A stretch of 64,000 nt of DNA from Macrostomum lignano (Eukaryota). The notes under the pieces were generated by a model. It was not told where the DNA came from and ran no database searches. It saw nothing but the letters and a program-made list of their open reading frames with translations. Made by a program: the position numbers and the translations under genes. Positions 53,501 through 64,000 of this stretch are shown here, piece by piece (position 1 is the stretch's first letter; every line of letters starts with the position of its first letter). The stretch lies in the NCBI GenBank assembly GCA_002269645.1, contig NIVC01002863.1, forward strand, positions 62,001 through 126,000. The letters are read 5' to 3'.

Positions 53501-55369
53501 TTTCATCATCAAATGTGTGTATTTGGTACGTGTAATACCCCTCAAGAAGTCAGGGAAGGGATTATTCTTGAATATTGGGTTAAAACGTACAGTTTGCTAT
53601 AAACCTAGCTATAATAATTTTAACATATACAGTCGGCGAAGCGGCCCGTTGATTTCGATTGACATTTAAACTGTCCCTCCCAGACCTCTCTCTCTCTCTC
53701 CTTCTGCACCCACCGAGAAAAGTGACTCATGCGGCAAACAGCTGGACAGGTTTAGTATATTACTGAATTGGCAAAACAGCCAACACCCAATGGTCATATT
53801 AGACTCGTCTTCACAGCACAGACCCATGTAGAACAGAACCACTCGTCCCTGTCTCTCTGACCTTACCATTTCTAACTGTCAAGGAATTCCGACCCCTACC
53901 TCTCCAACTTCAGTGTACAAACAGATATCTTCACAGCACGGACCCATATATTGAGCCTCCTCCAACCAAAACCCTATCTTGATTACGTCATCCACCTCCC
54001 CATAGAAGCAGTTAGCAAGAAAAAAATTTCGATGCACATATATGAACAATGCGAACCAAGCAAATCCGCGCGTCTACCAAAGCCAACCCTACCCTGCGTG
54101 CTGTAATTGCATTTGTCAATGTACACACCCTATGAATCAGTGTCTCCTTCTTTGGAACACACGAAGGCATTAGTCAGAAAGTTTGGATGCAATTAAAAAC
54201 CTCTCGATGCTTTGCGTATAAACGAGTAATCGATTGAATCAATTGTACACTTGACACATTTAATTACGTGCTGCCATGCAACGGAAAGACAGGATAATGG
54301 GGTGGGTGGTCACGCAGCCTCATTCTCTCTTTCCTACTGATTTTTCATTATCCATCAATCTCAGCTCTTTCCGGGGCAACTCGCGCATGTGTGCATAGTT
54401 CCTCATCATGTGGCTGCCGCTTGCATATGTACATCACATGTAAATGAACATGTGGTAAATCTGATGAGGAACTATGCACACATGCGCGAGTTGCCCCGGA
54501 AAGAGCTGAGATTGATGGATAATGAAAAATCAGTAGGAAAGAGAGAATGAGGCTGCGTGACCACCCACCCCATTATCCTGTCTTTCCGTTGCATGGCAGC
54601 ACGTAATTAAATGTGTCAAGTGTACAATTGATTCAATCGATTACTCGTTTATACGCAAAGCATCGAGAGGTTTTTAATTGCATCCAAACTTTCTGACTAA
54701 TGCCTTCGTGTGTTCCAAAGAAGGAGACACTGATTCATAGGGTGTGTACATTGACAAATGCAATTACAGCACGCAGGGTAGGGTTGGCTTTGGTAGACGC
54801 GCGGATTTGCTTGGTTCGCATTGTTCATATATGTGCATCGAAATTTTTTTCTTGCTAACTGCTTCTATGGGGAGGTGGATGACGTAATCAAGATAGGGTT
54901 TTGGTTGGAGGAGGCTCAATATATGGGTCCGTGCTGTGAAGATATCTGTTTGTACACTGAAGTTGGAGAGGTAGGGGTCGGAATTCCTTGACAGTTAGAA
55001 ATGGTAAGGTCAGAGAGACAGGGACGAGTGGTTCTGTTCTACATGGGTCTGTGCTGTGAAGACGAGTCTAATATGACCATTGGGTGTTGGCTGTTTTGCC
55101 AATTCAGTAATATACTAAACCTGTCCAGCTGTTTGCCGCATGAGTCACTTTTCTCGGTGGGTGCAGAAGGAGAGAGAGAGAGAGGTCTGGGAGGGACAGT
55201 TTAAATGTCAATCGAAATCAACGGGCCGCTTCGCCGACTGTATATGTTAAAATTATTATAGCTAGGTTTATAGCAAACTGTACGTTTTAACCCAATATTC
55301 AAGAATAATCCCTTCCCTGACTTCTTGAGGGGTATTACACGTACCAAATACACACATTTGATGATGAAA

Positions 55370-56810
55370 CAGCATTTTTAAGTTGTAAAAATTATGGTTT
55401 CTACTGAATGAAGTGATTCATTTTGTTCAATAAAGTCAGCATTTTAACGTTAAAAAGAGTTAAAACTGTAAAAATTGACCTTTTTAAAACGAAAATGTGC
55501 AATTTCTAGTAATTTAGCTTTCAATGAAAATGCCTTGGGTGGAATTCCAACTTGGGGCGGGGTGTGCATATGGAGATCAGTGTGTGACTCATTCCTGCTC
55601 GAAAGCTGTCTCTTGCCAACTTTGAAATCAGCATTTGGACAAATTAGCGGTTGAAATTATGGTTTTTGGGATGAAACTACTAAGTTTGATCAATTCGCAT
55701 TTAGCATTTTAACGTTAGAAAATAATAAAACTGTGAAAATTGGCCTTTATTAAACGAAAGAATGAGAAATTCTAAGAATTAGCTTTAAAAAAATCATGGT
55801 TTTAGTGGAAATTGGACTGGCTCGGGTAATCCGTGTGCGATTATAATTCCTGCTCAAAGCTGTCTCAGAGTTCCAGAAGTAGCATTTGTGATAATTTTGT
55901 GTTAAAATTGTGGTTTTTAGTGATGAAACCTACTGATTTTGATCAATAAAGTCTGCATTTTAACGTAAAAAATGCGTAAAAACTGTGAAAAATTGTATTT
56001 TCTTATGAAAAAATGCTCATTTCTAGCAATTTAGGCTTCAATAGCCATGTCTTTGGCTGATTTTGGGCTGGCTTGTGGATGTTTGTGTGGGGTTCATTCC
56101 TGCTTAAAAGCTGTCTAAGGTCAAGTTGAAAGCGACATTTGGACAAATTAGCTGTTGAAAGTATGGTTTCTAGTGATGAAACTACTGATTTTGATTAATA
56201 AAGTCTGCATTTTAACGTAAAAATGCGTAAAAACTGTTAAAAAATGTATTTTCTTATGAAAAAAATGCTCATTTCTAGCAATTTAGGCTTCAATAGCCAT
56301 GTCTTTGGCTGATTTTGGGCTGGCTTGTGGATGTTTGTGTGGGGTTCATTCCTGCTTAAAAGCTGTCTAAGGTCAAGTTGAAAGCGACATTTGGACAAAT
56401 TAGCTGTTGAAAGTATGGTTTCTAGTGATGAAACTACTGATTTTGATCAATAAAGTCTGCATTTTAACGTAAAAATGCGTAAAAACTGTTAAAAAATGTA
56501 TTTTCTTATGAAAAAAATGCTCATTTCTAGCAATTTAGGCTTCAATAGCCATGTCTTTGGCTGATTTTGGGCTGGCTTGTGGATGTTTGTGTGGGGTTCA
56601 TTCCTGCTTAAAAGCTGTCTAAGGTCAAGTTGAAAGCGACATTTGGACAAATTAGCTGTTGAAAGTATGGTTTCTAGTGATGAAACTACTGATTTTGATT
56701 AATAAAGTCTGCATTTTAACGTAAAAATGCATAAAAACTGTGAAAAGCTGCATTTTAATGAAAAATGTGCATTTCTAGTCATTTAGCTTTCAAAATAACC
56801 AAATTTCTTG
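55370..56810. repeat. Mirror copy of the 252-bp tandem repeat in the right arm
   Basis: Reverse complement of 52060-53500, with the same order of variants. Confidence 0.9.
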
Positions 56811-58317
56811 TTTGAAATTCCAACATTACTTTGTATGGAGAGGTCAGTGCATGATTCATTCCTGTTTCTAACAGATTAAACCGTCTCAAAGACCAAGTCT
56901 GAAAGCTTGAAGTGAGAAGGCAGGGGAGGTGGAGAGGCAGAATTGAATAGCCTCACGTATTTAAATTTGTGGACTTCACTACTTCTAGTAAACGCAAGGG
57001 TGACTTATACATTTTACAAATTTCAGAATCAAGTAAATCAGAATTGCATGCGGTGGAGACACTGATTCATAGGCTGTGTACATTTACAAATGCAGCTGGG
57101 GTTTGTCAATGTAGGTAGAGGTTGGCGGACTCGGATTTGCTCAGATTCGCGGGGTTGATGTGTGCATTAAAAGTTGGTTTCTTGCTATCTGGGGCGGCAT
57201 GGATGACGTAATCGGAGAAGAGAGGGGTTTTGCTGAATGAAGTTTAATATAGGGTCTGTGCTGTGGAAAGATCTGTTTGTACACAGAAAATGGAGAGAGG
57301 GTCGAAATTCCTTGGCATTTAGAAGGGGGACAGAGAGAACAGGGCGAGTGTTAAAATTTAGCTCGATTTGTTATGGGGTCTGCGCTGTGTCTGGTAAACA
57401 TCGGAGGGGTGGCTGTTTTCGAACAGGGTTGAATTTGACTATGGTCCGAGTTAAAGGGTGATTCAGCATTCAGTATAGGAGCTTCGAGGGGATGGTTTAC
57501 TGTTATTAAAGCGCGACGAAGCGTCTTGTATCATACCCACTGTCAATAGAAATATAAAGCATTGCTTCAACACAGTCTTGTATTTGGGGGGCAGACTTGG
57601 GAGAGGCTTGGATGACGCAAACTCCACCCCATCGCTTGGCGAGAGTTTGTACAGGCCCGCCTCTATATGAAAGTATGTGTATTTTATAAGTGATTTCGAA
57701 TAAATTATCAGCATATTCAAACCTACATTCTCCGAGGGTGAAAATGTACATACCTAATTTTTGGGGTATGTAGCGGATATGAGTATAGAGGCTATCGATG
57801 TACATATAGACTCCGACCCGTATTATTCAAATGTCTGAGAAATGTACATTGGAAATATACATTTACGTTGTAGGCTACACAATTAGTTGACTCATTTGGT
57901 AGTAGTAGATGAGATTGTACACTGTACATGTAGTAGGGTTTCGAGTTGTAATTTTGGTGCGCGCGCGCGCGCTGGGGATGACACTGTAGATTAATGCACA
58001 TACTGCATACATATAGAATTGGGGATAGACAATTTGAGATATGGATTAATGTACATGGGAATAATGTACATATCCAATTTGAGATAGATAGGGATTAATG
58101 TACATGGAATTAATGTACATATCCATTTTGAGATAGATAGGGATTAATATACATGGAATTAATATGAGCACATGGATTATTACAACTACATATTGGCATA
58201 TCACGCTTAGGATAGCGTTTTTGTATACTACTTACTTCATTTTCAGATAGTAGTATAATTTGCGTTTTTTGCGTCAAAACATCTGAAAACCCTGCAGTTT
58301 CTGCGTGCTACGTAGTG

Positions 58318-58382
58318 ACGACAGACAACAACTTCTCAGCACGGCTTGACGCTCTCTTCCTCATCAGTTCGTCCAGCGACAT
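58318..58382 (-). pseudogene. 5' start of the same BEL/Pao gag, separated by the palindrome
   Basis: ATG at 58382. MSLDELMRKRASSRAEKLLSV continues in frame into VGTVGVKLTVEAEVC (50548 downward) when the palindrome and one ACGA are removed. Confidence 0.85.
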
Positions 58383-58879
58383 GATGATCAACACCAGCGA
58401 CGGAGGAACGCAGGATCTGAATCAGAGCCCCCAGGAGCAAACGCACCAGCCCGATGGGTCAATCCAAAACAATAGATATACAGCCCATGCCACACAAGGG
58501 TGAAAAAATAGAGCGATGGGATACTATACTACACAGAATGAAAAAAACAACGATACAGAGATAAAGAAACGATTAGTTTAACTCTGAGAGAAAAGAAATC
58601 TACGTAAATGGAGCCTTAGCAACGAGCAGACTGCGAGGGCCAGACGAGACGACTGCGAAGGCCAGACTGCAATTTTATCATTAGCAATTTTGAGCCACTC
58701 ACTGACTGGAGCAGCCAGTCAGCCAGGGTCAGAGTCATAGATCTTACATTCCCTAAATAAAGCCACTTACGACCATAAGCACACCCATAGAGCCTTCGTC
58801 TTTCTTGAAGATTTTGCGACCACGGTATCAGGTCAAGTAGCTTGTGCGCGTATTAAGGGTTTTTTAATGATATTTAGAT

Positions 58880-59099
58880 GGCAGGCGCAAGCCATACTTG
58901 CAGTCCGTGTAGCCCTTGTTTCGGAAAAAGCCTATGACTGAAAGAAGATCGACTTCAGGGTCGCTTAACGCTTTAATCCACTTCTGGGCAGCAGAGTCGC
59001 TCCTAGGGAAGTTTTGACTCCATTACTTTTTGGTGGTGGCAATTTATGTATGCTGCAGCCCCGAACACAGCAGCCCGAATTTAGCCCTCTTCTGCCCAT
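58880..59099 (-). pseudogene. THAP-domain-like relic (probable DNA transposon fragment)
   Basis: MGRRGLNSGCCVRGCS... then, after a frameshift, NFPRSDSAAQKWIKAL. This matches the CCVxGC / FP / W landmarks of THAP zinc fingers; the final CxxHF ligands were not found. Confidence 0.45.
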
Positions 59100-60048
59100 T
59101 TGTTTGTTAGCAAAGCGCAACGTCGCGAGGACCAGTGAACTTTGTGTCTGTTGCGAATATTCTTGTAACCACGAAAGAAATATGTCTATGTCCCTTTAAG
59201 CTACTGACCTCAGACTTGTGTTAAACGTTGTCGGCTTAATTAAATTTTTCTTGCAATTCGCGTGGTCGGTCTTTTCCTATTGAATGCACTGAGAGTGGAA
59301 TATCTAGGGAATATAAGATCTATGGTCAGAGTATCTGAATGTACACACAGATACACACATTGATTACTTTCCTCACCTTTGCACTCAGCCAGCACTGCAC
59401 TCTGCCTCAATAGATCAAGCAAAATTGACCTTTGCAGAAAAGGCAGTTTTCGATTTTTAGCACACGCATTGAAGCAGATTGACTAGTTGTAGCCGAAAGA
59501 TGCTTGAATGATTTGACATCGTTTGCAGCAAACCGGATCAAAATTGGTTCAGGCATTCAGTCAGTAGAGATGGCTTAGAGATTGATTGATCTAGACGTGT
59601 AAGAACCCTGCTAGCCCTGAGAAACCCTGCTAACCAAGCCTTCACTAAATCCTTGCAAAAGCGTTGCATCCGGGATCCTTGGTCTGAGTTCCGCTAGGAT
59701 GCCCAAGCTTCCATGATCTACGAAGTACTTGAGGGGTGAAATGATAGTCTGTAAAAATGAGCAGGATACTGCAAATACTGGCTTTCAAGTCCATAAATAT
59801 TCTAAATCTCGATCAATATCATTGCTCAATCTTGGGATTAGCCCCAAGCTACTGCAGAATTTTTAAATAAATGTTACGCTACACTGAATGCAGGCATACG
59901 CATCGTTTGTATTTTGACTGCAATATACGAGTATGTAACAAAAATGGTAGTCACGATTTATGGGTACCATGGAAATTCGTTTTTACTTGTCTTATTGCAA
60001 GTTTTAAAGTACTCAGTCTGCATTTAAGTCGCCCCGGGGCGCAGACTG

Positions 60049-63000
60049 TTAAGCTTTTTCGGGATGCTTCCTAGCCGAACGGCTGAACATTGTGACCAGC
60101 TTCACAAACACCTGGTCCAGCGACATCTGGTAGAGGGCCCAGTAGCTCACCCCCAGCCGGCCCTGGTTGGCCGCCAGCCACTTCAGCGCACCCGACAGGC
60201 TCCGCACCGCCGACTTGGGCACCGAGAACTGCATGACCAGGCCCAGGCCGAGGTCCTCCTGCGTCTGCGCTCCTTTGAACTGCTCCGACACTGCTTTCTT
60301 GATGACCAGCTTCTTCTGTCTGACTACTGACTCGGTCTCCGGGGCCAGCAGCAGCTCCAGCGTGTACGCGTCTCCGTGGCTGCGGACAGTTGGATTTTAA
60401 TTCTCTAGCTAATAATGCCCTAGTAATGTTGCGAAAGATAATTACGAGTATTTATTGCCAATGCAAAAAAAGAAAAACCAATAACTCGTGTGCCTACAAC
60501 AAGGTGGTTAGTTGTCAGGGGTTTCAAAATGTCCTTTGCAAATAGTAAAACCAGAAGCTCTCACCGACTCCTTAGCTGCTGCACGGTGCCCACTGAGATC
60601 ATCCTGCCCTTGTTCATGATGCCCACCCGACTGCACAGAGCCTCGACCTCCTCCATGCTGTGAGTCGTGACCATGACCGACCTCTGCTTGTGCACCATGC
60701 GGCGGATGGCGCCCCAGATGAAGCGCTTGTTCTCGGGATCTACGCCGGTCGAGGCCTCGTCGATGACGATGAGCGCCGGGTCGCCCAGCAGAGCGATGGC
60801 GAGGCAGAGACGCCGCTTGTTGCCGCCCGACAGCTGGCCGGCCTGCTTGTCGCTGTGCTGCGACAGGCCGAGGCTCTGCATCAGCCGGATTGTCTGTCGC
60901 TCCGCCTCGATCGAGTCCAGACCGCGGATGTCCGCGTAGAAGCGGATGTGCTCGGCCACGGTGATGCAGTTGAACAGCGGGTTGTGCTGCGGGCAGTAGC
61001 CGATGGCGCCGACTGTGGCTCCTTCCCGACCGGACAACCAGGCACCATCCTGCACGTGGACCTCGCAGGCGCCCTCCGTCGCGACCTCCTCGCCGACAAT
61101 CACCGACATGGAGGTGGACTTGCCGGCTCCGTTCGCGCCCAGCAGACCGAAGATCTCACCGGCCATCGCTCCGAAGGTGACGCCTCGCACAGCGTGGACT
61201 CCGTTGGGGTAAATCTTTTGCAGCTGTCGCACCTCCAGCACGTTCTTGGAGCCCCTGGGAGCCGCCAGCACCCGCTCTGCTTCTTTCTTTGCGCCTTCTT
61301 CTATGTCGCTGTCTGCTTTTACAGGTCTTTTCGTTAGACTTTTTTTGCAGAAGAAATTCCTAATGTTCTCGATTGTTACCGTTTGGTTCTCAAGCATGCA
61401 GATAGCACAGCACAGTAAAATTATGTGCAGTGGTAAAGCCAGCGTTGAATAAAAAACGTCTGAATACTTCCATATATTCCTCACGAGGCCAGGCAGCGCA
61501 GATGCATCTTTCTTCTTGTAGTATTGAGCTTTGTAGACCACATACTCTACGCAGCAGCACATTAGGCGTAGTGGTGTCAAAGGCGGTAATATCGAAATCA
61601 TCACCCGCAGGGCCGTTACGTTTCTAACAGCATAAGAAACCATTACCAAAGAAATGAAGACGGCGTTGCAGCAGACAGTAACTACCATGCTCTTTCTCTT
61701 GCTGATGAGGGCTATCGTATAGATGGTCAGAAGGTTGGAAGTTATTCCAAAAATTAGCGCAGGCAGAAATCCTCCGAGGATGAGATACGCAGATCTGTGG
61801 GCTGCGGACAGCATTAGCAGGCCAAAAGCAGCGCTGAAAAAGGTCGCGTACTGAAGCCAGTGTAAGGCAAATGTGTTGATCCAGTAGGAAAACCGGCCCA
61901 TACCAGTCGACAGGAGGTAAGCACGTACTCTGCTGCTTATGTCTTCGATTGGGTCAGTCAGGTAGGAAGCTGGGATAAGATTAAAGAGAAAAAACATATA
62001 AACCACTCCCATTCCAAAGTCAAAAAAACCGCCAAGCGGATTCAGATACGACAAGGCCGTTGATTCTCCAGGTTCAGTCGAGAGAAATTGTCCAAAGAGC
62101 TTGGCGATTCCCCTGCGGAAAATGTGCACTGGTAGAACACGTACACTTTCCTCATAATAGACACCTATGCTGATAGATCTGTTGGAGCCGGTTGCATTCA
62201 GCAGCCAGGAAGATGCATAATAGATTACGCAAGGAATCATCGATTTGCTATCTAACCAATTGTTTCTCTTCATTCCAGCTCGCAGTGCTTCTGTTGTAGA
62301 ACTCTGCGCCATAAAGTCATTCAGACTCTGAGACTCGGGCTTCACTAGAACAATTGGCTTCTTTTTCTGGGCATCACCACCCAGAGCCAGAGCTCTGCAG
62401 ATGTCGGAACCGCCAGCAATGTCAGTCTGATTCAAATCAAAGACACAAGCCGTAGCCAGCTCTGTGAAGCCGAAATCTGTTGCTCGAATTTTACCTCGTA
62501 GACTTTTTAGACATGGCGTCCATTTCGATTAAATCAATGTCGGTTTCATTTTTTCTTTTCGAATTCGTGTATGTAAGAGACTGATAAGTTATCAGAATCA
62601 GCAACACGGAAGGCAGTAAAACTCTGCTTAAAAGAGTAATCCAACCGCGCAACACTCTCTTGAAGTTCACCTGAAAGAATGCCACGAACTGTTTGATTGC
62701 AGAATGTTTTGTCTGACGCGATGTCCCTTGTCCTTGTAGATCCGAATCTTCTTTCGCTAAAGATTTCTCAACCGACAAAACAGCGCGCTCTGAAGGCAGG
62801 GAGCGTGTCAGAGTATCCGACTGAAATGCCTTGATGATCTCTTCGGAATCCATCCCGCCAAGCTTCATAAAAACGTCGTCCAGTGACGCTTGAGACAGAC
62901 CGAACGTTTCAACCTCGCTGCTGGTCTCCAGCACCTGCACCGCCTCGGTCAAAACAGACGAGTTCAATGCGGGAACCTCCAGCTGCAGCTCGGTCTCCTC

Positions 63001-64000
63001 CCGGCTCTTTAATCGGACCTGCTTCAGCTTGGCCAGCAGCGACTCCGCGCCTGACTTGGACTTCAGCGACACATTCAGCGTGAAGCTGCAGCCGAACGCT
63101 CGCTTCAGAAACATCGAAGACCCAGCGCACACGATCTTGCCGCCGCACAGGAAGATCTTGCGGTCCACCAGGATGTCCGCCTCGTCCATGAACTGCGTGC
63201 ACAGGATGATGGAGCGGGCGCTCTTCTCCTCCTGCAGCAGCTGCCACAGCTGCCGCCTCGACACCGGGTCCAGTCCGCTCGTTGGCTCGTCGAGAAACAC
63301 AACGTCCGGGTCGCCCAGCAGAGCTAGGATCGTGCTCACCTTTCTCTTCTGACCGCCGCTCAGGTCGCAAGACAGCACATCCTCCTTGTCTCCGAGACCG
63401 AGTCTCTGCAGCATTCCGCGAGCTCTCTCCAGCTGGCTGGTGTCGCTGGCCGCCCTGCTGACCAGCGTGACTCGGATGCACTCCATCACGGTGAGCGAGT
63501 CGCAGAGGGCGTCGAACTGCGGACAGGTGCTGATCCGACCTCTGAGCGACAGACGGAGCAGCGAGTTCGTCACCAGACAGCCGCCGATGTGGGCCGTTCC
63601 CTCGTCTGGCAGCTCCTCGCCTGTGAGGATTCTGATGAGCGTCGACTTGCCAGCGCCGTTGTGTCCGATGAGAGCCGTGATCTGGCCTCGGTAAATGGTG
63701 CCTGCAGTTTTTAGGAATATAAAATTAGCATCTTAGAGAAAGAGCGTTAATTATTTAAGTTCAGTGATGCTGCGAGATTCATTAAGTGTAGCAATGCCTA
63801 ATGTGGCTGTTACATTCTCCAGTGTAAAAACAATTATTTACTTCTTTTAGCAGTGTGCTATGTGGTCAGAATTTAAGGAGTAATAAACAATTCATTTTCT
63901 TATGACTAGTATAGAATATAGATTGTATATAGACACTAAATGCTTGCGCAAACAGCATATAGGCATATTGGTGATGCAGACTTACATGACAGCTGCTTCA
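60049..64000 (-). CDS. ABCA-subfamily transporter, copy 2 (3' part; continues beyond the window); exons >64000-63986, 63701-60565, 60379-60049
   Basis: NBD1 (GHNGAGKST, LSGGQKRKV, VFLDEPTSGLDP), TMD2 and NBD2 (GANGAGKST, LSGGNKRRL), with GT..AG introns. One apparent 1-nt frameshift at the A5 run 62504-62508 may be a sequencing error. Confidence 0.85.

Larger units (their letters stand above)
50553..58317. mobile_element. 7,765-bp foldback-type palindromic element, CACTA termini, 4-bp TSD (Chapaev/CMC-like, non-autonomous)
   Basis: Arms 50553-54408 and 54462-58317 are reverse complements (mirrored coordinates sum to 108870 throughout), with a 53-bp spacer. Termini are CACTACGTAG...CTACGTAGTG. 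ACGA is duplicated at 50549-52 and 58318-21. Confidence 0.9.

Noticed and set aside
50869-58001. Short mirrored ORFs in the palindrome arms as a transposase or toxin-antitoxin pair
   Set aside because: They are under 100 aa, AT-rich, carry no recognisable motifs, and are duplicated only because of the symmetry.
50553-58317. Palindrome as a missed-adapter fold-back assembly artefact
   Set aside because: The flanks are not mirrored, a 4-bp TSD is present, the interrupted gag frame rejoins exactly, and the arms differ at at least two sites. Polishing-induced homogenisation of the arms cannot be excluded.
49020-58800. LTR pair and primer-binding site for the Pao element
   Set aside because: I found no direct repeat shared between 49020-49490 and 58400-58800 and no convincing PBS.

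Overview
Animal genomic DNA with GC-rich, intron-poor genes in AT-rich, repeat-laden spacers. A universal-stress-protein gene and the repeat style suggest a non-ecdysozoan invertebrate such as a free-living flatworm (Macrostomum-like); this is inference only. 0-24 kb: host genes (ELOVL elongase, SKP1, USP, UBE2D, RAI1/TCF20-like ePHD protein, secreted PAN+ConA/LamG-like protein) mixed with a LINE end, a MITE, a Mutator relic and a full-length dead mariner. Most of these genes carry an intronic minisatellite rich in splice-signal motifs. 24.4-42.2 kb: a piggyBac element with an intact 587-aa transposase and TTAA-flanked ends, whose 3' region holds a 15.4-kb head-to-tail array of five non-autonomous Helitron-like units. 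42.6-64 kb: two convergent ABCA transporter paralogues; the left one has lost NBD1, and their NBD2 exons are about 96% identical. Between them lie a LINE fragment, a BEL/Pao gag relic, and a 7,765-bp near-perfect palindrome (3,856-bp arms, 53-bp spacer, CACTA termini, 4-bp target duplication) inserted into that gag. No rRNA, tRNA or CRISPR features were recognised. All alignments were done by eye.
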